In this document: positions 37,117-47,632 of the stretch, piece after piece
Position numbering within the stretch: position 1 is the stretch's first letter
Layout: each line of letters begins with the position of its first letter
Assembly (NCBI GenBank): GCA_035533875.1
Contig: DATLSZ010000029.1
Span: forward strand, 31,636-95,635
Direction of reading: 5' to 3'
DNA length: 64,000 bases
From: Candidatus Acidiferrales bacterium
GTDB taxonomy: Bacteria; Patescibacteriota; Microgenomatia; Levybacterales; UBA12049
The notes under the pieces: generated by a model
Seen by the model: only the letters and a program-made list of their open reading frames with translations
What the model was told of the DNA's origin: nothing
Database searches by the model: none
Made by a program: the position numbers and the translations under genes

Positions 37117-39258
37117 ATGGACGGTAACCAAGTACCAGATTTTCTCAAACCTGTTTCACCCGTTGAAGCGTTGAAGAAATTTACTGTTAATCTAACGGAT
37201 TCTGCAAGACAACACAAGATAGATCCTATCGTTGGTCGTGAGGTTGAAATCCGCCGCGTCATGGAGATTTTGTCACGGCGTACAAAGAACAATCCGGTTC
37301 TTATCGGCGATCCTGGTGTCGGAAAGACTGCAATTGTTGAAGGACTCGCGCAAAAAATTGTTGAAAACGCCGTTCCAACGCCGCTCCGCGATAAAGAAGT
37401 TATTGTCTTGGATTTTGCATTATTGCTTGCTGGTGCAAAGTTCCGTGGTGAATTTGAGGAGCGGCTCAAAGGCGTTATCAAAGCCGTTGAAGAAGCAAAC
37501 GGCAAATATATCATGTTTATTGATGAGCTTCATACATTGGTAGGAGGGGGAGCCGCAGAAGGGTCCAGTGACGCCGCCAATATCCTCAAACCGGCACTCG
37601 CTCGCGGAACGCTTCGGATGATCGGTGCCACAACAGTCAATGAATACCGCAAATATATTGAAAAAGATCCGGCACTCGCCCGCCGTTTTCAGCAAGTTCT
37701 TATTGATGAGCCGACAATTGAAGATACCATTTCAATTCTTCGCGGTATCAAAGAAAAATATGAGCTGCATCATGGGATTCGTATCACAGACAATGCTCTC
37801 ATTGCAGCTGCCAAATTATCCGCGCAGTATATCCCCCAGCGTTTTCTTCCGGACAAAGCGATTGATCTTATTGATGAGGCAGCTGCAGCGATAAAAATAG
37901 AAACCGAAAGTATGCCGGCAGAACTTGATGAATTAAAACGCAGGATCATGCAGCTTGAGATCGAATTGGCAGCGCTCAAACGAGAAAAGACTGAGATTGC
38001 CAAGTCACGTAAAAAACAGCAGGAAGAGCATCTGGAAAAGTTAAAAAAAGAAGCATCAGTAATTGAAGAACGCTGGAACAAACAAAAGGTTCTTATTCAG
38101 AAAATCCAGGAGATCCGGGCCAAGATCGATGGCTATCGAATTGAGCTTGAAAAGGCTGAAAGGAATGTCGATCTGCAAAGAGCTGCAGAGATCAAATACG
38201 GCAAGATCCCCGAGTTTGAGAAAAAGTTGCAGGAACAAGACGCCATCTGGAAAAAAATTCCTACGGAAGAACGGGTTCTCCGGGAAGAAGTTGATGAAGA
38301 TGATATTGCTCGTGTTGTCTCCCGCTGGACCGGCATTCCGGCAACCCGCATTCTGTCAACAGAATCAGAACGACTTCTCCGGCTTGAAGAAGAACTCAAG
38401 TCATATGTTGTTGGTCAGGATGAAGCTGTCAGTGTTGTTTCGCGTGCGATCAGGAGGTCTAGATCAGGTTTGGGCAGTAAAGACAAGCCAATCGGATCCT
38501 TTCTTTTCTTAGGTCCTACCGGTGTTGGTAAGACTGAAACTGCCAAGGCGCTCGCCCGTATTTTATTCAGTGATGATCACGCGATAACTAGGATCGATAT
38601 GAGTGAATATATGGAGTCCCATGCGGTTGCACGTCTGATCGGTGCGCCTCCGGGCTATGTCGGGTACGAAGAAGGCGGGCAGCTGACCGAAGCTGTAAAG
38701 CGTCGTCCCTACTCTGTTATCCTTTTTGATGAGATCGAGAAAGCTCATCCGCAGGTCTTTAATATCTTTCTGCAGATTTTTGATGAAGGACGGCTTACCG
38801 ACAGCAAAGGTGTGACAGTGGATTTTCGCAATACGATCATTATTATGACCAGCAATTTGGGTGGCGACGTGATTCGCGATGCGAAAAATAAGCAAACAGC
38901 TGAAAAAGAAGTTTGGGAACTGTTGCACGGACATTTCAAACCTGAATTTCTCAACCGGCTTGATTCGGTCGTGATTTACAATCCCCTCTCCCCTAAAGAA
39001 TTGGTCCGGATTGCGGAGCAGCAGCTTGAGAAGGTTCAGGAACGGATGGCAGAGAATGGTGTTTCATTAACGATTACCGATGATCTCTCAATGTATTTTG
39101 CAGAAGTCGGTTATGATCCGGTCTTTGGCGCACGGCCGCTCAGACGCGCGATTGAAGAGAAACTGGTGGATGAGATCGCAACGAGAATCATCGAAGGAAC
39201 CGTCAAGCCCGGCGACACCATCGAGCCGAAGGTGAAGGATGGGAAGATTGTGTTATAA
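37117..39258 (+). CDS. clpB: ClpB disaggregase lacking the N-terminal domain
   Basis: Two AAA+ modules ([16 protein letters not shown]) and an M-domain coiled coil with AAEIKYG; 713 aa. Confidence 0.93.
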   Translation: MDGNQVPDFLKPVSPVEALKKFTVNLTDSARQHKIDPIVGREVEIRRVMEILSRRTKNNPVLIGDPGVGKTAIVEGLAQKIVENAVPTPLRDKEVIVLDFALLLAGAKFRGEFEERLKGVIKAVEEANGKYIMFIDELHTLVGGGAAEGSSDAANILKPALARGTLRMIGATTVNEYRKYIEKDPALARRFQQVLIDEPTIEDTISILRGIKEKYELHHGIRITDNALIAAAKLSAQYIPQRFLPDKAIDLIDEAAAAIKIETESMPAELDELKRRIMQLEIELAALKREKTEIAKSRKKQQEEHLEKLKKEASVIEERWNKQKVLIQKIQEIRAKIDGYRIELEKAERNVDLQRAAEIKYGKIPEFEKKLQEQDAIWKKIPTEERVLREEVDEDDIARVVSRWTGIPATRILSTESERLLRLEEELKSYVVGQDEAVSVVSRAIRRSRSGLGSKDKPIGSFLFLGPTGVGKTETAKALARILFSDDHAITRIDMSEYMESHAVARLIGAPPGYVGYEEGGQLTEAVKRRPYSVILFDEIEKAHPQVFNIFLQIFDEGRLTDSKGVTVDFRNTIIIMTSNLGGDVIRDAKNKQTAEKEVWELLHGHFKPEFLNRLDSVVIYNPLSPKELVRIAEQQLEKVQERMAENGVSLTITDDLSMYFAEVGYDPVFGARPLRRAIEEKLVDEIATRIIEGTVKPGDTIEPKVKDGKIVL

Positions 39259-39265
39259 TTTGTGT

Positions 39266-39841
39266 ATGAGTATAGACGACGGTGAAGGCTTACCAATTCC
39301 TATTGGAGATCCACATCATACAAAGGAAGAACCTCCTGTAACTGAAGATACAAAAAGGGATTTAGTAAAAGTTTTGGACGATTGGTGTACTATTGCCGGT
39401 AATCCACTTCCATCTTTAATTGCAGGTATAGATAATGGAAAAGATGTTCGATATGTACCTTTATCTGCTGTTGAAGACAGAATACCATTAGAAATAGAGG
39501 TATTCAATATGCCGGAAGGAACTTCTGATAACCCAAATCTCCGTTGGGCAGTTGTCCTTGATGATAATACAGGGCTTTTAAGACAATTTTTCGTAAATGA
39601 AATTCCTGACGGGCTTGATCTGGAATATCACGAGCGTAAACATGAAGAAGCAGATCAGCTGGATGTAGAATTAGCCGTAATGACAGAAGACGGAGCATTT
39701 TTTGATGAAAAATATACAGAAGGACAAGCAAAACAACAGCAAGATCGGGAGCAGGATAGAGCTCGTACATCCGATACGAAAGTAAAAAAACTAATCGGTG
39801 TTCTTAGATCTGCAGAAAAACGAGAAATGTCAGAGGAATAA
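39266..39841 (+). CDS. Hypothetical acidic protein
   Basis: ORF; ATG 39266 lies 6 nt after TGnTATAAT. Confidence 0.65.
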   Translation: MSIDDGEGLPIPIGDPHHTKEEPPVTEDTKRDLVKVLDDWCTIAGNPLPSLIAGIDNGKDVRYVPLSAVEDRIPLEIEVFNMPEGTSDNPNLRWAVVLDDNTGLLRQFFVNEIPDGLDLEYHERKHEEADQLDVELAVMTEDGAFFDEKYTEGQAKQQQDREQDRARTSDTKVKKLIGVLRSAEKREMSEE

Positions 39842-39873
39842 AAAAAAGAAAAGCAATAAAAATAATGGCGAAT

Positions 39874-40929
39874 TTACGTTATCGGATTGGGGTGTTCTTT
39901 GTGGATTGCTTCTATTTCTTGTAATACCTCATCAGAAAGCTTTATATCAATACTCCCGATATCTGCTTTCAGCTGCTCAACAGATGTTGCTCCAATGATG
40001 ACGCTTGTCACAAATTCACGGGACGCTGCAAATGAGATCGCCATTTGCGCGGGATCAAGTCCGTGCTTCTTGGCCAGCTCAACATATTTCTTTATGACAG
40101 GCTGTGCATGTGCTGGATTGTAACGTGCACCGTTTCTTTGATAATAATTTTTATAGGTATAACGGGATCCCGGAGGGAATTCCCCACTGAGATATTTGCC
40201 GCTGAGTACGCCCATAGATAATGGTGAATAGACGAGCAAACTAATTTTTTCTTTTATGCTTATTTCTGCAAGCGCGGTCTCAAATTCCCGCATAATCAAA
40301 CTATACGGATTTTGGATGCTTTGTATTTTTGGCAGTTTTTTTTCTCGGGATAATTGTAGATACTCCATAATCCCCCACGCTGTTTCATTGGATACTCCGA
40401 CATGTCGGATCTTCCCCTCTTGGATAAGCTCTTGCATCACAGATAATGTTTCTTCAATCGGAACCGATTTATTTTTGGGATCATGGACATATCCCCTTCT
40501 GCCAAAGTAATTGGTATTGCGATCCGGCCAATGGAGCTGGTAAAGATCGATATAGTCTGTTTGCAGGCGGCGGAGAGATCCCTCGATACCCTTTCGTATA
40601 TTTTTCTTATCAAAACAAGGTGTTTCCCCGTTTCTTATATAAGAAAGACCAGGATCACGCCCGACGACTTTGGAAGCAATAATCAGATCATCGCGCTTTT
40701 TCCGTTTTCGCAACCAGGTGCCGATGTATGTTTCCGTTCTTCCCTGTGAGTCTGCATTTGGCGGTATGGGATAAATTTCCGCGGTATCGATGAAGTTGAC
40801 GTTTTGACTGATAGAGTAATCCAGCTGTTGATGCGCATCTTTTTCGGTGTTCTGTTCTCCCCAATTCATGGATCCGAGACAAATGACTGAGACTTCAAGA
40901 TCAGTTGTTCCGAGTTTGCGGTATATCAT
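39874..40929 (-). CDS. Aldo/keto reductase (Tas-like)
   Basis: NFIDTAEIY, IASKV, DLYQLHWPDR, GVSNET and YSPL motifs. Confidence 0.92.
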   Translation of the reverse strand: MIYRKLGTTDLEVSVICLGSMNWGEQNTEKDAHQQLDYSISQNVNFIDTAEIYPIPPNADSQGRTETYIGTWLRKRKKRDDLIIASKVVGRDPGLSYIRNGETPCFDKKNIRKGIEGSLRRLQTDYIDLYQLHWPDRNTNYFGRRGYVHDPKNKSVPIEETLSVMQELIQEGKIRHVGVSNETAWGIMEYLQLSREKKLPKIQSIQNPYSLIMREFETALAEISIKEKISLLVYSPLSMGVLSGKYLSGEFPPGSRYTYKNYYQRNGARYNPAHAQPVIKKYVELAKKHGLDPAQMAISFAASREFVTSVIIGATSVEQLKADIGSIDIKLSDEVLQEIEAIHKEHPNPIT

Positions 40930-40979
40930 GTGCAACTCATTCTAGCAAATATGGTAGAATTAAAAAATATTATAACCGA

Positions 40980-41621
40980 ATGAAAGAAGAAATTTGTAAG
41001 AACTGCGGACACACATTGGAAAAACGAGCGACCAAACGCACTGTCGCACAGCTTCAAAAGCCTTATTATTATACGGCATATTACTATTGCCCCAGCTGCA
41101 GCAAACTCTATCATGATGAGAAGTTTAAGGTAGTAAATGAAGGAGTATCAAGAGTAGCAAAAGTATCAAGAGTATCAGAGGCTTTGCATATGTTTGATTC
41201 ACGTGAAGGTTCTTCTTATGATGCGGAAATCTGGACAGATGGAGCGTGTGTCTCTAACGGTACACCTCGTGCGAAAGCAGCTTGGGCGTTTGTTTCAGGG
41301 AAAACAGAACAGGCGGGCAGAGTTGAAGGCAAACAGACCAATAATGTTGCCGAAGGGTTGGCAATCTATCATGCTCTTTTGTGGGCTGCGGAAAAAGGAT
41401 ATAAAAAAATAGCATTGCATACCGATAGTCAGATCTCACTGCATAATCTAAATAAGCCTGCCAGTAAAGTGAAGGTGAACCGGGAGATTTTTGAAGATAT
41501 TGAAAAGATAATCGCGGCGAATCAATTGGAAGTTGATTATAAAAAAGTCCTCGGTCATTCAGGTGATCCAAACAATGAGCGGGCGGATGCGTTGGCAAAT
41601 AGGCTTGCTTCTACTGATTAA
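40980..41621 (+). CDS. rnhA: Ribonuclease HI with N-terminal Zn ribbon
   Basis: WTDGAC, QTNNVAE, TDSQ and GHSGDPNNERADALA motifs; N-terminal CKNC...CPSC. Confidence 0.85.
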   Translation: MKEEICKNCGHTLEKRATKRTVAQLQKPYYYTAYYYCPSCSKLYHDEKFKVVNEGVSRVAKVSRVSEALHMFDSREGSSYDAEIWTDGACVSNGTPRAKAAWAFVSGKTEQAGRVEGKQTNNVAEGLAIYHALLWAAEKGYKKIALHTDSQISLHNLNKPASKVKVNREIFEDIEKIIAANQLEVDYKKVLGHSGDPNNERADALANRLASTD

Positions 41622-43328
41622 TTACTGCCCGAGATTAATATTCACTGGAAGATTTTGCTGCAGACGGCTATAAAAGATGGCATATTGTTGATCGGGATAG
41701 ATACGATATGCTTGTGCTGCCGCATCAATCGCTTTCTGATGATCGTTTGCTTTGTAATATGCGTAGGCCAAAAGAATAGAGAGCGTATGGCTTGTCGGAA
41801 GCTTCTTCAGCGCTTGATCGGCCAATATTGTTACAGCAGCGTGAGGATGGCCTGTCCGCAATTGTATTGCCGCTAGATTGATATAATATTGTTGCAGGTC
41901 TCCAGCGTATTGTTCTGTCTCATCCGGTCCGATGAGAGTTATAGCCTTTTGATATTCATTCGTTGCAGGACCAAATTGTTTCTGTGCATAGTAAATGTTG
42001 GCAAGATGCCCAATGGTTACAATTTGCGGTGAAAGAGCTATTGATTGTTTATCATAGCGAAGTGCATCAGTGGTATCCCCCTCTCGAAAAAGTGCCATTG
42101 CCAGATCGTCCATGATTATATAATTATCTTTCTGGTCAGCAAGATCATGCATATTTATCATGACGTCATCATGCCAATCAAATGTCCGCACAAAAGTCCG
42201 AAGCGATAATACGATTATTATTATAATTGCCCCAATGGAGAGATAGCGTTTGTTTATTTTTACTGTTACTGCAAGGACTCCCAACATCCCGAGCACACCG
42301 ATCAGTGGTACATAAAACCACCTGTCAGCAACAGTCATCTCCAAAGGAATAATTTGCAGGATCGGCAGCAAATTAATAAGATACCATACGAAAAAGAAAA
42401 CAAATGCTGTGTAATAAGCTGAATGCTGCTTTTTCATTTTGAATAGCACAATGAGGACACCTGCGCCAAGTAAGAGACAAATGAAAAACGGGACAAGAAA
42501 ATTTATTGATGCGACAGATGTAACAACCCATATCTGGTAGATAGAAAGCTTGAGTGGGAAGATAACTGTTTGTAGATAATATATGATAATTGCGGGAATG
42601 TTCAGGATACGTAGTGGAAGTGAGACATTCGCGATTGGCACCCAGCTGTAGATGTTATTAAACGAGAGACTGTTAATCACTCTCAACAAAGAATATATCA
42701 GGATGACTCCTCCTCCGATAACAATAAACGTTTTCAGTTTGTTTACTTTATAAAGATATCGGTAGGTGAGGATAAGAAGAAAAACCAATGCTCCCGTCTC
42801 TTTTGTCATTATGCCTAGCATGAGTAATAATGCGATCCCAAATAATCGTTTGCTTGAAAGATGCTTGGCAGTCGAGAGCAAGAACGCAGTGAGCGCAAAA
42901 AAGAGGGAAAGTTCACTTGCAATGGATGAGATAAAAGCGACCGATTCGACGTTGATCGGATGGGCAAGAAACAGTAATGATAAGATAAAAGACGTTCTTT
43001 TTCCAAAGAATAACCTGAACAGCACAAAGACAAGATATGCATCAATACAATGCAGCAGCAGTTGGAGAAAATGATAGAAAAATGCGTTTTGTCCAAAGAT
43101 TGCATAGAGAAGTGCAAAATATGTTGCCGGTATCGGTCGGTAAAAAGGGATGGTGTTAAAAATATTAGGACCAAATGCGGTGACCAGATTGAACGTGTGC
43201 ACTTGGGGATTGAGCAGAATGAATGCAATATCATCCCAGACAAATCCATTGAAAAAAATTGGGAAGTAGACGATGATGCCAATCAGGAGGATGAGAAAGA
43301 AGTAGTTTCGGTTTTTTGCACTGAACAT
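41622..43328 (-). CDS. TMTC-like GT-C glycosyltransferase with TPRs (third paralog)
   Basis: GFVWDD, FYRP, HPINVESV, TKET and DRWFYVP motifs. Confidence 0.85.
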   Translation of the reverse strand: MFSAKNRNYFFLILLIGIIVYFPIFFNGFVWDDIAFILLNPQVHTFNLVTAFGPNIFNTIPFYRPIPATYFALLYAIFGQNAFFYHFLQLLLHCIDAYLVFVLFRLFFGKRTSFILSLLFLAHPINVESVAFISSIASELSLFFALTAFLLSTAKHLSSKRLFGIALLLMLGIMTKETGALVFLLILTYRYLYKVNKLKTFIVIGGGVILIYSLLRVINSLSFNNIYSWVPIANVSLPLRILNIPAIIIYYLQTVIFPLKLSIYQIWVVTSVASINFLVPFFICLLLGAGVLIVLFKMKKQHSAYYTAFVFFFVWYLINLLPILQIIPLEMTVADRWFYVPLIGVLGMLGVLAVTVKINKRYLSIGAIIIIIVLSLRTFVRTFDWHDDVMINMHDLADQKDNYIIMDDLAMALFREGDTTDALRYDKQSIALSPQIVTIGHLANIYYAQKQFGPATNEYQKAITLIGPDETEQYAGDLQQYYINLAAIQLRTGHPHAAVTILADQALKKLPTSHTLSILLAYAYYKANDHQKAIDAAAQAYRIYPDQQYAIFYSRLQQNLPVNINLGQ

Positions 43329-43330
43329 GA

Positions 43331-44065
43331 TTATGAATGATTGTCTTCAAGGATTTTTTTTGCGGTTTTTTTCAGTGACTCCTCTGTTTCTTTTTGGTAC
43401 TCTTGATACAAATACCAGATGCAAAAGATAGTAATAAAAAGAAGTGTGTAGGAGAAAAGAAAAACAATTGTTGCTGACAAACTTTTGATAATCCCCTCCC
43501 CTGTCGTTGTCAGCGAATAGAGAAAAAATCCGATGAGCGCAAAGGGGAGTAAGAGCAGATATCCATGGACCCAATCATTCTTGCTGTGATGCCGATAACG
43601 TCTGGGGACGTGTCTGAAGATATGGGTAAATTCTTTGGGTACATAGAGTGTATAGATAATAAATCCGGTAAAGAAGATGAGACCAAGCAGGGTATTGATA
43701 ACTGCAGTAACTAATCCTTCGACAAAAAAACTCCAAAGGAAAATAAAACTCATCAGTATGGCACCGCTGGCCAGGATGATAGTCCGGAGTTCTTTTTTTG
43801 CCAATTTGCGTGTTTTGGGTACAAAGGATTTGTGCAGCCAATGCTTTGCTTCTTGTTCTTCCTGCATGTAGCGAACTGCGCGTTTGAGACTTTCGTCATT
43901 CTCTTTTTGTATCTCTTTATACAGGTACCAGCTGACAATGAGCATCAAAAGCAGCATGGGGAAGAGGAACACAAATGACGTGCTATTTTGCATTGTTAAC
44001 AGGAGAAGCGCAATGATGATAAAGGCGATTGCAGTGAGACGGGCTTTATGCAATTGATCCAGCAT
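43331..44065 (-). CDS. Hypothetical multi-TM protein
   Basis: About 6 hydrophobic segments; repeated WYLYKE/WYLYQE motif. Confidence 0.65.
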   Translation of the reverse strand: MLDQLHKARLTAIAFIIIALLLLTMQNSTSFVFLFPMLLLMLIVSWYLYKEIQKENDESLKRAVRYMQEEQEAKHWLHKSFVPKTRKLAKKELRTIILASGAILMSFIFLWSFFVEGLVTAVINTLLGLIFFTGFIIYTLYVPKEFTHIFRHVPRRYRHHSKNDWVHGYLLLLPFALIGFFLYSLTTTGEGIIKSLSATIVFLFSYTLLFITIFCIWYLYQEYQKETEESLKKTAKKILEDNHS

Positions 44066-44111
44066 ATTTTTATTATACCTCTCTCATCGTATTATGTCTT
44101 GCAATCAGTTT

Positions 44112-44205
44112 GGGAAATAACTTGTTTTATAATGTGCGGGTCCTGTCCCGGGCTCCTCCCGTCAGTGCACCCGCATTAATCTATAGCGAAAAAAGTTATT
44201 CCTCG
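44112..44205. repeat. Structured intergenic element upstream of sodN (divergent copy D)
   Basis: Outer ggaaataactt/aagttattcc stem with a tagcg bulge; inner tgcgggt/acccgca stem. Confidence 0.5.
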
Positions 44206-44274
44206 TTCACTTTTTTCTGTTTTATTTTTTATGAACAGCTTGCATTTCTTTTGATAAAGCGTTATATTATTTTT

Positions 44275-44688
44275 ATGTTTGTTGTTTCCTCGTTATTCCT
44301 AAAATTGCTTCCTACCCAGACCGCCTATGCTCATTGTGATCTTCCTTGCGGTGTCTATGATCCGGCACAAGCGAGAATTGAGGCGGAAAGCGTAATGAAG
44401 ATCATGGAGAAGTATTCGGGTTTTCATGAAGATGAACAGAAATGGCGTGCTATCTTTATTAAGGAAGAGCGTGCAGAACTAGTAAAGCATCATCTGTGGG
44501 TATTGTGGACTGATTATTTCAAGCCCGAGCATCTGGAAAAGTTTCCTAATCTGCATGACCTTTTTTGGCGAGCAACCAAAGCTGCAGGCCAAGCAAAAAA
44601 GTCGGTTGACCCTGCAGATGGACAAAAGCTCTTGGATCTCATCGCCGAGATTACAGAGATTTTTAATAAGACAAAACAAGTTAAATAA
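44275..44688 (+). CDS. sodN: Nickel superoxide dismutase precursor
   Basis: Ni-hook HCDLPCGVYDP after a short propeptide; KHHLWVLWTDYFKP. Confidence 0.96.
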   Translation: MFVVSSLFLKLLPTQTAYAHCDLPCGVYDPAQARIEAESVMKIMEKYSGFHEDEQKWRAIFIKEERAELVKHHLWVLWTDYFKPEHLEKFPNLHDLFWRATKAAGQAKKSVDPADGQKLLDLIAEITEIFNKTKQVK

Positions 44689-44691
44689 TTA

Positions 44692-44773
44692 CGTCATTGC
44701 ATGGTCTCGCAATGGCGAAGCAGTCCCCAACGTTATGAGATTGCCGCGCTCCTTTCAGTCGCTCGCAATGACG
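44692..44773. repeat. REP-like palindromic element between sodN and sodX
   Basis: cgtcattgc ... cgaagcagtc ... gagattgccgcg ... ctcgcaatgacg. Confidence 0.7.
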
Positions 44774-45103
44774 AATGTTATACAAAAGAAAATTTTAAAA
44801 GTACTACTTTATTTCTCTCCTCTTTATAAATATAAAATTTCCGGTGACAGTATGTCTCCTACCCTTCATAATGGACAAATTGTTTTGGTTAACAGGTTCA
44901 TCTATCTGTTTGCAGCTCCAAAAAAAAATGACATTATTGCAGTTCGGGATCCTCGAGATGGCAAAGTCTTGATCAAGCGGATTAAAAAGATTGAAGACAA
45001 GCGATATTTTGTGTTGGGAGATAACAAAAAAGCCAGTACGGACAGCAGAGTTTTTGGTATGATAGAAAGACAAGATATTGTGGGAAAAGTATGGTTGTCT
45101 TAA
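44768..45103 (+). CDS. sodX: Ni-SOD maturation protease (S26-like)
   Basis: GDSMSPTL, LIKRI and GDN..STDSRVFG motifs; directly after sodN. Confidence 0.88.
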   Translation: MTNVIQKKILKVLLYFSPLYKYKISGDSMSPTLHNGQIVLVNRFIYLFAAPKKNDIIAVRDPRDGKVLIKRIKKIEDKRYFVLGDNKKASTDSRVFGMIERQDIVGKVWLS

Positions 45104-45630
45104 TTCTCTGTTTGCTTGTTATTGTTATTCTACTGTTTCTTCTTTCCATGCTCTGGCCGCCGGATAGTCCGTGGTCGCCTTGGTGGCGGACTACGCCAAA
45201 GCTCGCACGGGTTGAATGTGATCTTGCCAAAGTAAAGAAAGGAGATGTCATTTATGATCTCGGGTCGGGTGAAGGAATTGCGCTTATTACCGCAGCAAAG
45301 GAATACGGAGCGCGGGGAGTAGGGATTGAGATTGACCCGCTCAGAGTGTTTATTGCAAAAATCAGGATTAAACTTGCGGGAGTTGCGGACAAAATTGAAA
45401 TCAGACGGGATAATTTTTGGAATCAGGATATTTCGGAGGCGACTGTTATTTTTATGTATCTAATCCCCAGAACGCTAATCAAGCTTCGTCCAAAGTTTCT
45501 TAAGGAATTAAAACCAGGTACCCGAGTCGTGACCTTTGTCTACAAGATGGATCTGCCCATGATCGCAAAGGATGATGCAGCAGAGCTGTATGTGTACGAA
45601 ATACCGAAGAAGAATAAGATTGGAGATTAA
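45091..45630 (+). CDS. Membrane-anchored class I SAM methyltransferase
   Basis: N-terminal TM; YDLGSGEG, GIEIDP and ELKPGTRVV motifs. Confidence 0.85.
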   Translation: MVVLILCLLVIVILLFLLSMLWPPDSPWSPWWRTTPKLARVECDLAKVKKGDVIYDLGSGEGIALITAAKEYGARGVGIEIDPLRVFIAKIRIKLAGVADKIEIRRDNFWNQDISEATVIFMYLIPRTLIKLRPKFLKELKPGTRVVTFVYKMDLPMIAKDDAAELYVYEIPKKNKIGD

Positions 45631-45649
45631 GGATTTAAGATTAAAGAGG

Positions 45650-46660
45650 TTATTTTTTCATCCTCAAATACAGCCACCTCAGTTTGTCTGCAACTTTGAA
45701 CCCTTGATACAGGACAGGATTGATAACCAGGTCATAGCTGCCGATAAATTCAGTATGCTCCGGTCCGAATTTTCGTTTGAAATCATGGAATCCATACCAC
45801 GGGTCTTTAGTATCAGGTTCTCCACCAAGTGCGCCCCACATATCAAATTTTTTTAGACCCAATTTTTTCCCAAACCGGATTCCTTCCCACATCGCGAGAT
45901 TGGAGTGCATCACATTGCGGTGCTGATTGCTTGAAGCACCATAGGGATAATAGAGTGTGTCATGGAAGACAAAAAAGAGAAGAGCTGTCAGTACTTTGCC
46001 CTCATACGTTGCAGTGAAAAGGTGAGAACTAAGCTTGTTCGTATCAGTATCATGTGCAAACGTTTGAAATTGCAATTCGTGATAGTGTTTGGTGTGTGCG
46101 TAAAAGCCTTGCCTTAGGGTTGTTTCCTTAGTGAGTCTCCAATAGTCTTCAAACACTTTGTCGGAATTATCCTCGGCTACTTGCACTTTATGTCTCATTG
46201 CGACTTTGATATTGTATCGCCCTTTCGGATGCATATCTTTTAATAATTCGTCTTCGGATTTGGTAAGATCCAGGACAAAGGTGTATTTGGTGAATAAGGG
46301 ATGAGCAGCAGGTTGGAGTTTTAAGCTCTTGATTTTTGTTTCTTCGTGCTTCGTCACATTTGGCTCCAGCTGGATAAATATGCAGTTTTCTTCTTTGCCA
46401 ATTTTTCGCAGCTCTTGGATAAGTTCTGTATCCGGCATGTCCCCTTTCGGGAGGTAGCCTATCGTAAAATTAGTTTTTGGTATGTTATGGATAGTTAACT
46501 GAAAGCCGGATACAAGTTTGCCATTATTGAAAAAACCGCGGCGGATGACTTTGATCCCTTCTTTCTCTCGGAATTCTCCCCACTCATAACTCTGCAGCGG
46601 GTGAGTGACGGTGGTATTATACGCATCTTTTTGGTCCTGTGTAATTGGCAAGACGTTCAT
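45650..46660 (-). CDS. FemABX-family peptidoglycan bridge aminoacyltransferase
   Basis: [25 protein letters not shown] and FDMWG...[10 protein letters not shown] motifs. Confidence 0.9.
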   Translation of the reverse strand: MNVLPITQDQKDAYNTTVTHPLQSYEWGEFREKEGIKVIRRGFFNNGKLVSGFQLTIHNIPKTNFTIGYLPKGDMPDTELIQELRKIGKEENCIFIQLEPNVTKHEETKIKSLKLQPAAHPLFTKYTFVLDLTKSEDELLKDMHPKGRYNIKVAMRHKVQVAEDNSDKVFEDYWRLTKETTLRQGFYAHTKHYHELQFQTFAHDTDTNKLSSHLFTATYEGKVLTALLFFVFHDTLYYPYGASSNQHRNVMHSNLAMWEGIRFGKKLGLKKFDMWGALGGEPDTKDPWYGFHDFKRKFGPEHTEFIGSYDLVINPVLYQGFKVADKLRWLYLRMKK

Positions 46661-46723
46661 GGTTCTAGTTCTATATTAACAGATGCACTTGTTTTTATAC
46701 AGAAAGTGCGGTATAAAGGTACA

Positions 46724-47632
46724 GTGAAAAACGGAGAAAGTAAAGCTACCAAACAAACCTCCACGTGGGAAGTAAAAAAAGGACTCGCCCAGATGCTTAA
46801 AGGCGGCGTCATCATGGATGTTGTTAATGTTGAGCATGCCAAGATTGCCGAAGATGCCGGTGCGTGTGCTGTCATGGCGCTTGAACGGGTTCCCGCAGAT
46901 ATAAGGCAAGCAGGCGGCGTTGCGCGGATGTCAGATCCTGAGATGATCGAGAAGATTATGAAAGCGGTATCTATTCCGGTTATGGCAAAATGCCGGATCG
47001 GTCATTTTGTTGAAGCACAGGTTCTGCAAGCGATGGGAATTGATTATATTGATGAATCAGAAGTGCTGACTCCAGCAGATGAGGAAGCACATGTTGACAA
47101 GCATCCATTCAAAGTTCCTTTCGTCTGTGGCTGCCGCAACTTGGGTGAAGCGCTCCGCCGGATTCATGAGGGAGTGGCAATGATCCGCACCAAAGGAGAA
47201 GCTGGAACTGGCAATATCGTTGAGGCGGTACGTCATCAAAAAGCAATCACCGGCGAGATCGCGCTGCTTCGAAAAATGAGTAAAAAAGAACGGGAGAAAA
47301 AAGCTGAAGAATACCGTGCTCCGGTGGAACTTGTTGAAGAAGTAGCGTCACTCGGACGGCTGCCTGTTGTGAATTTTGCGGCCGGTGGTATCGCAACACC
47401 TGCCGATGCGGCACTGATGATGCAGCTTGGCAGTGATGGCGTCTTTGTCGGATCAGGCATTTTTAAATCTAGTGATCCGCTGAAGCGGGCAAAAGCAATT
47501 GTTATTGCGACGACACAATATAATGATCCTGAGATTATTGCCAAGGTATCAAAAGGTCTTGGTGAACCAATGCAAAGTCTTGACGTCAGGACACTTCCCG
47601 AAGAACAACTGCTCGCAAAAAGAGGATGGTAA
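46724..47632 (+). CDS. pdxS: PLP synthase lyase subunit
   Basis: [33 protein letters not shown] and [10 protein letters not shown] motifs; start approximate. Confidence 0.97.
   Translation: MKNGESKATKQTSTWEVKKGLAQMLKGGVIMDVVNVEHAKIAEDAGACAVMALERVPADIRQAGGVARMSDPEMIEKIMKAVSIPVMAKCRIGHFVEAQVLQAMGIDYIDESEVLTPADEEAHVDKHPFKVPFVCGCRNLGEALRRIHEGVAMIRTKGEAGTGNIVEAVRHQKAITGEIALLRKMSKKEREKKAEEYRAPVELVEEVASLGRLPVVNFAAGGIATPADAALMMQLGSDGVFVGSGIFKSSDPLKRAKAIVIATTQYNDPEIIAKVSKGLGEPMQSLDVRTLPEEQLLAKRGW

Noticed and set aside
44110-44274. Long N-terminal extension of SodN (also over-extended starts for sodX, pdxS, pcrA, rsmF, msrA and the 6846 ORF)
   Set aside because: Artefacts of longest-ORF calling; the extensions run through promoters, hairpins or neighbouring genes.
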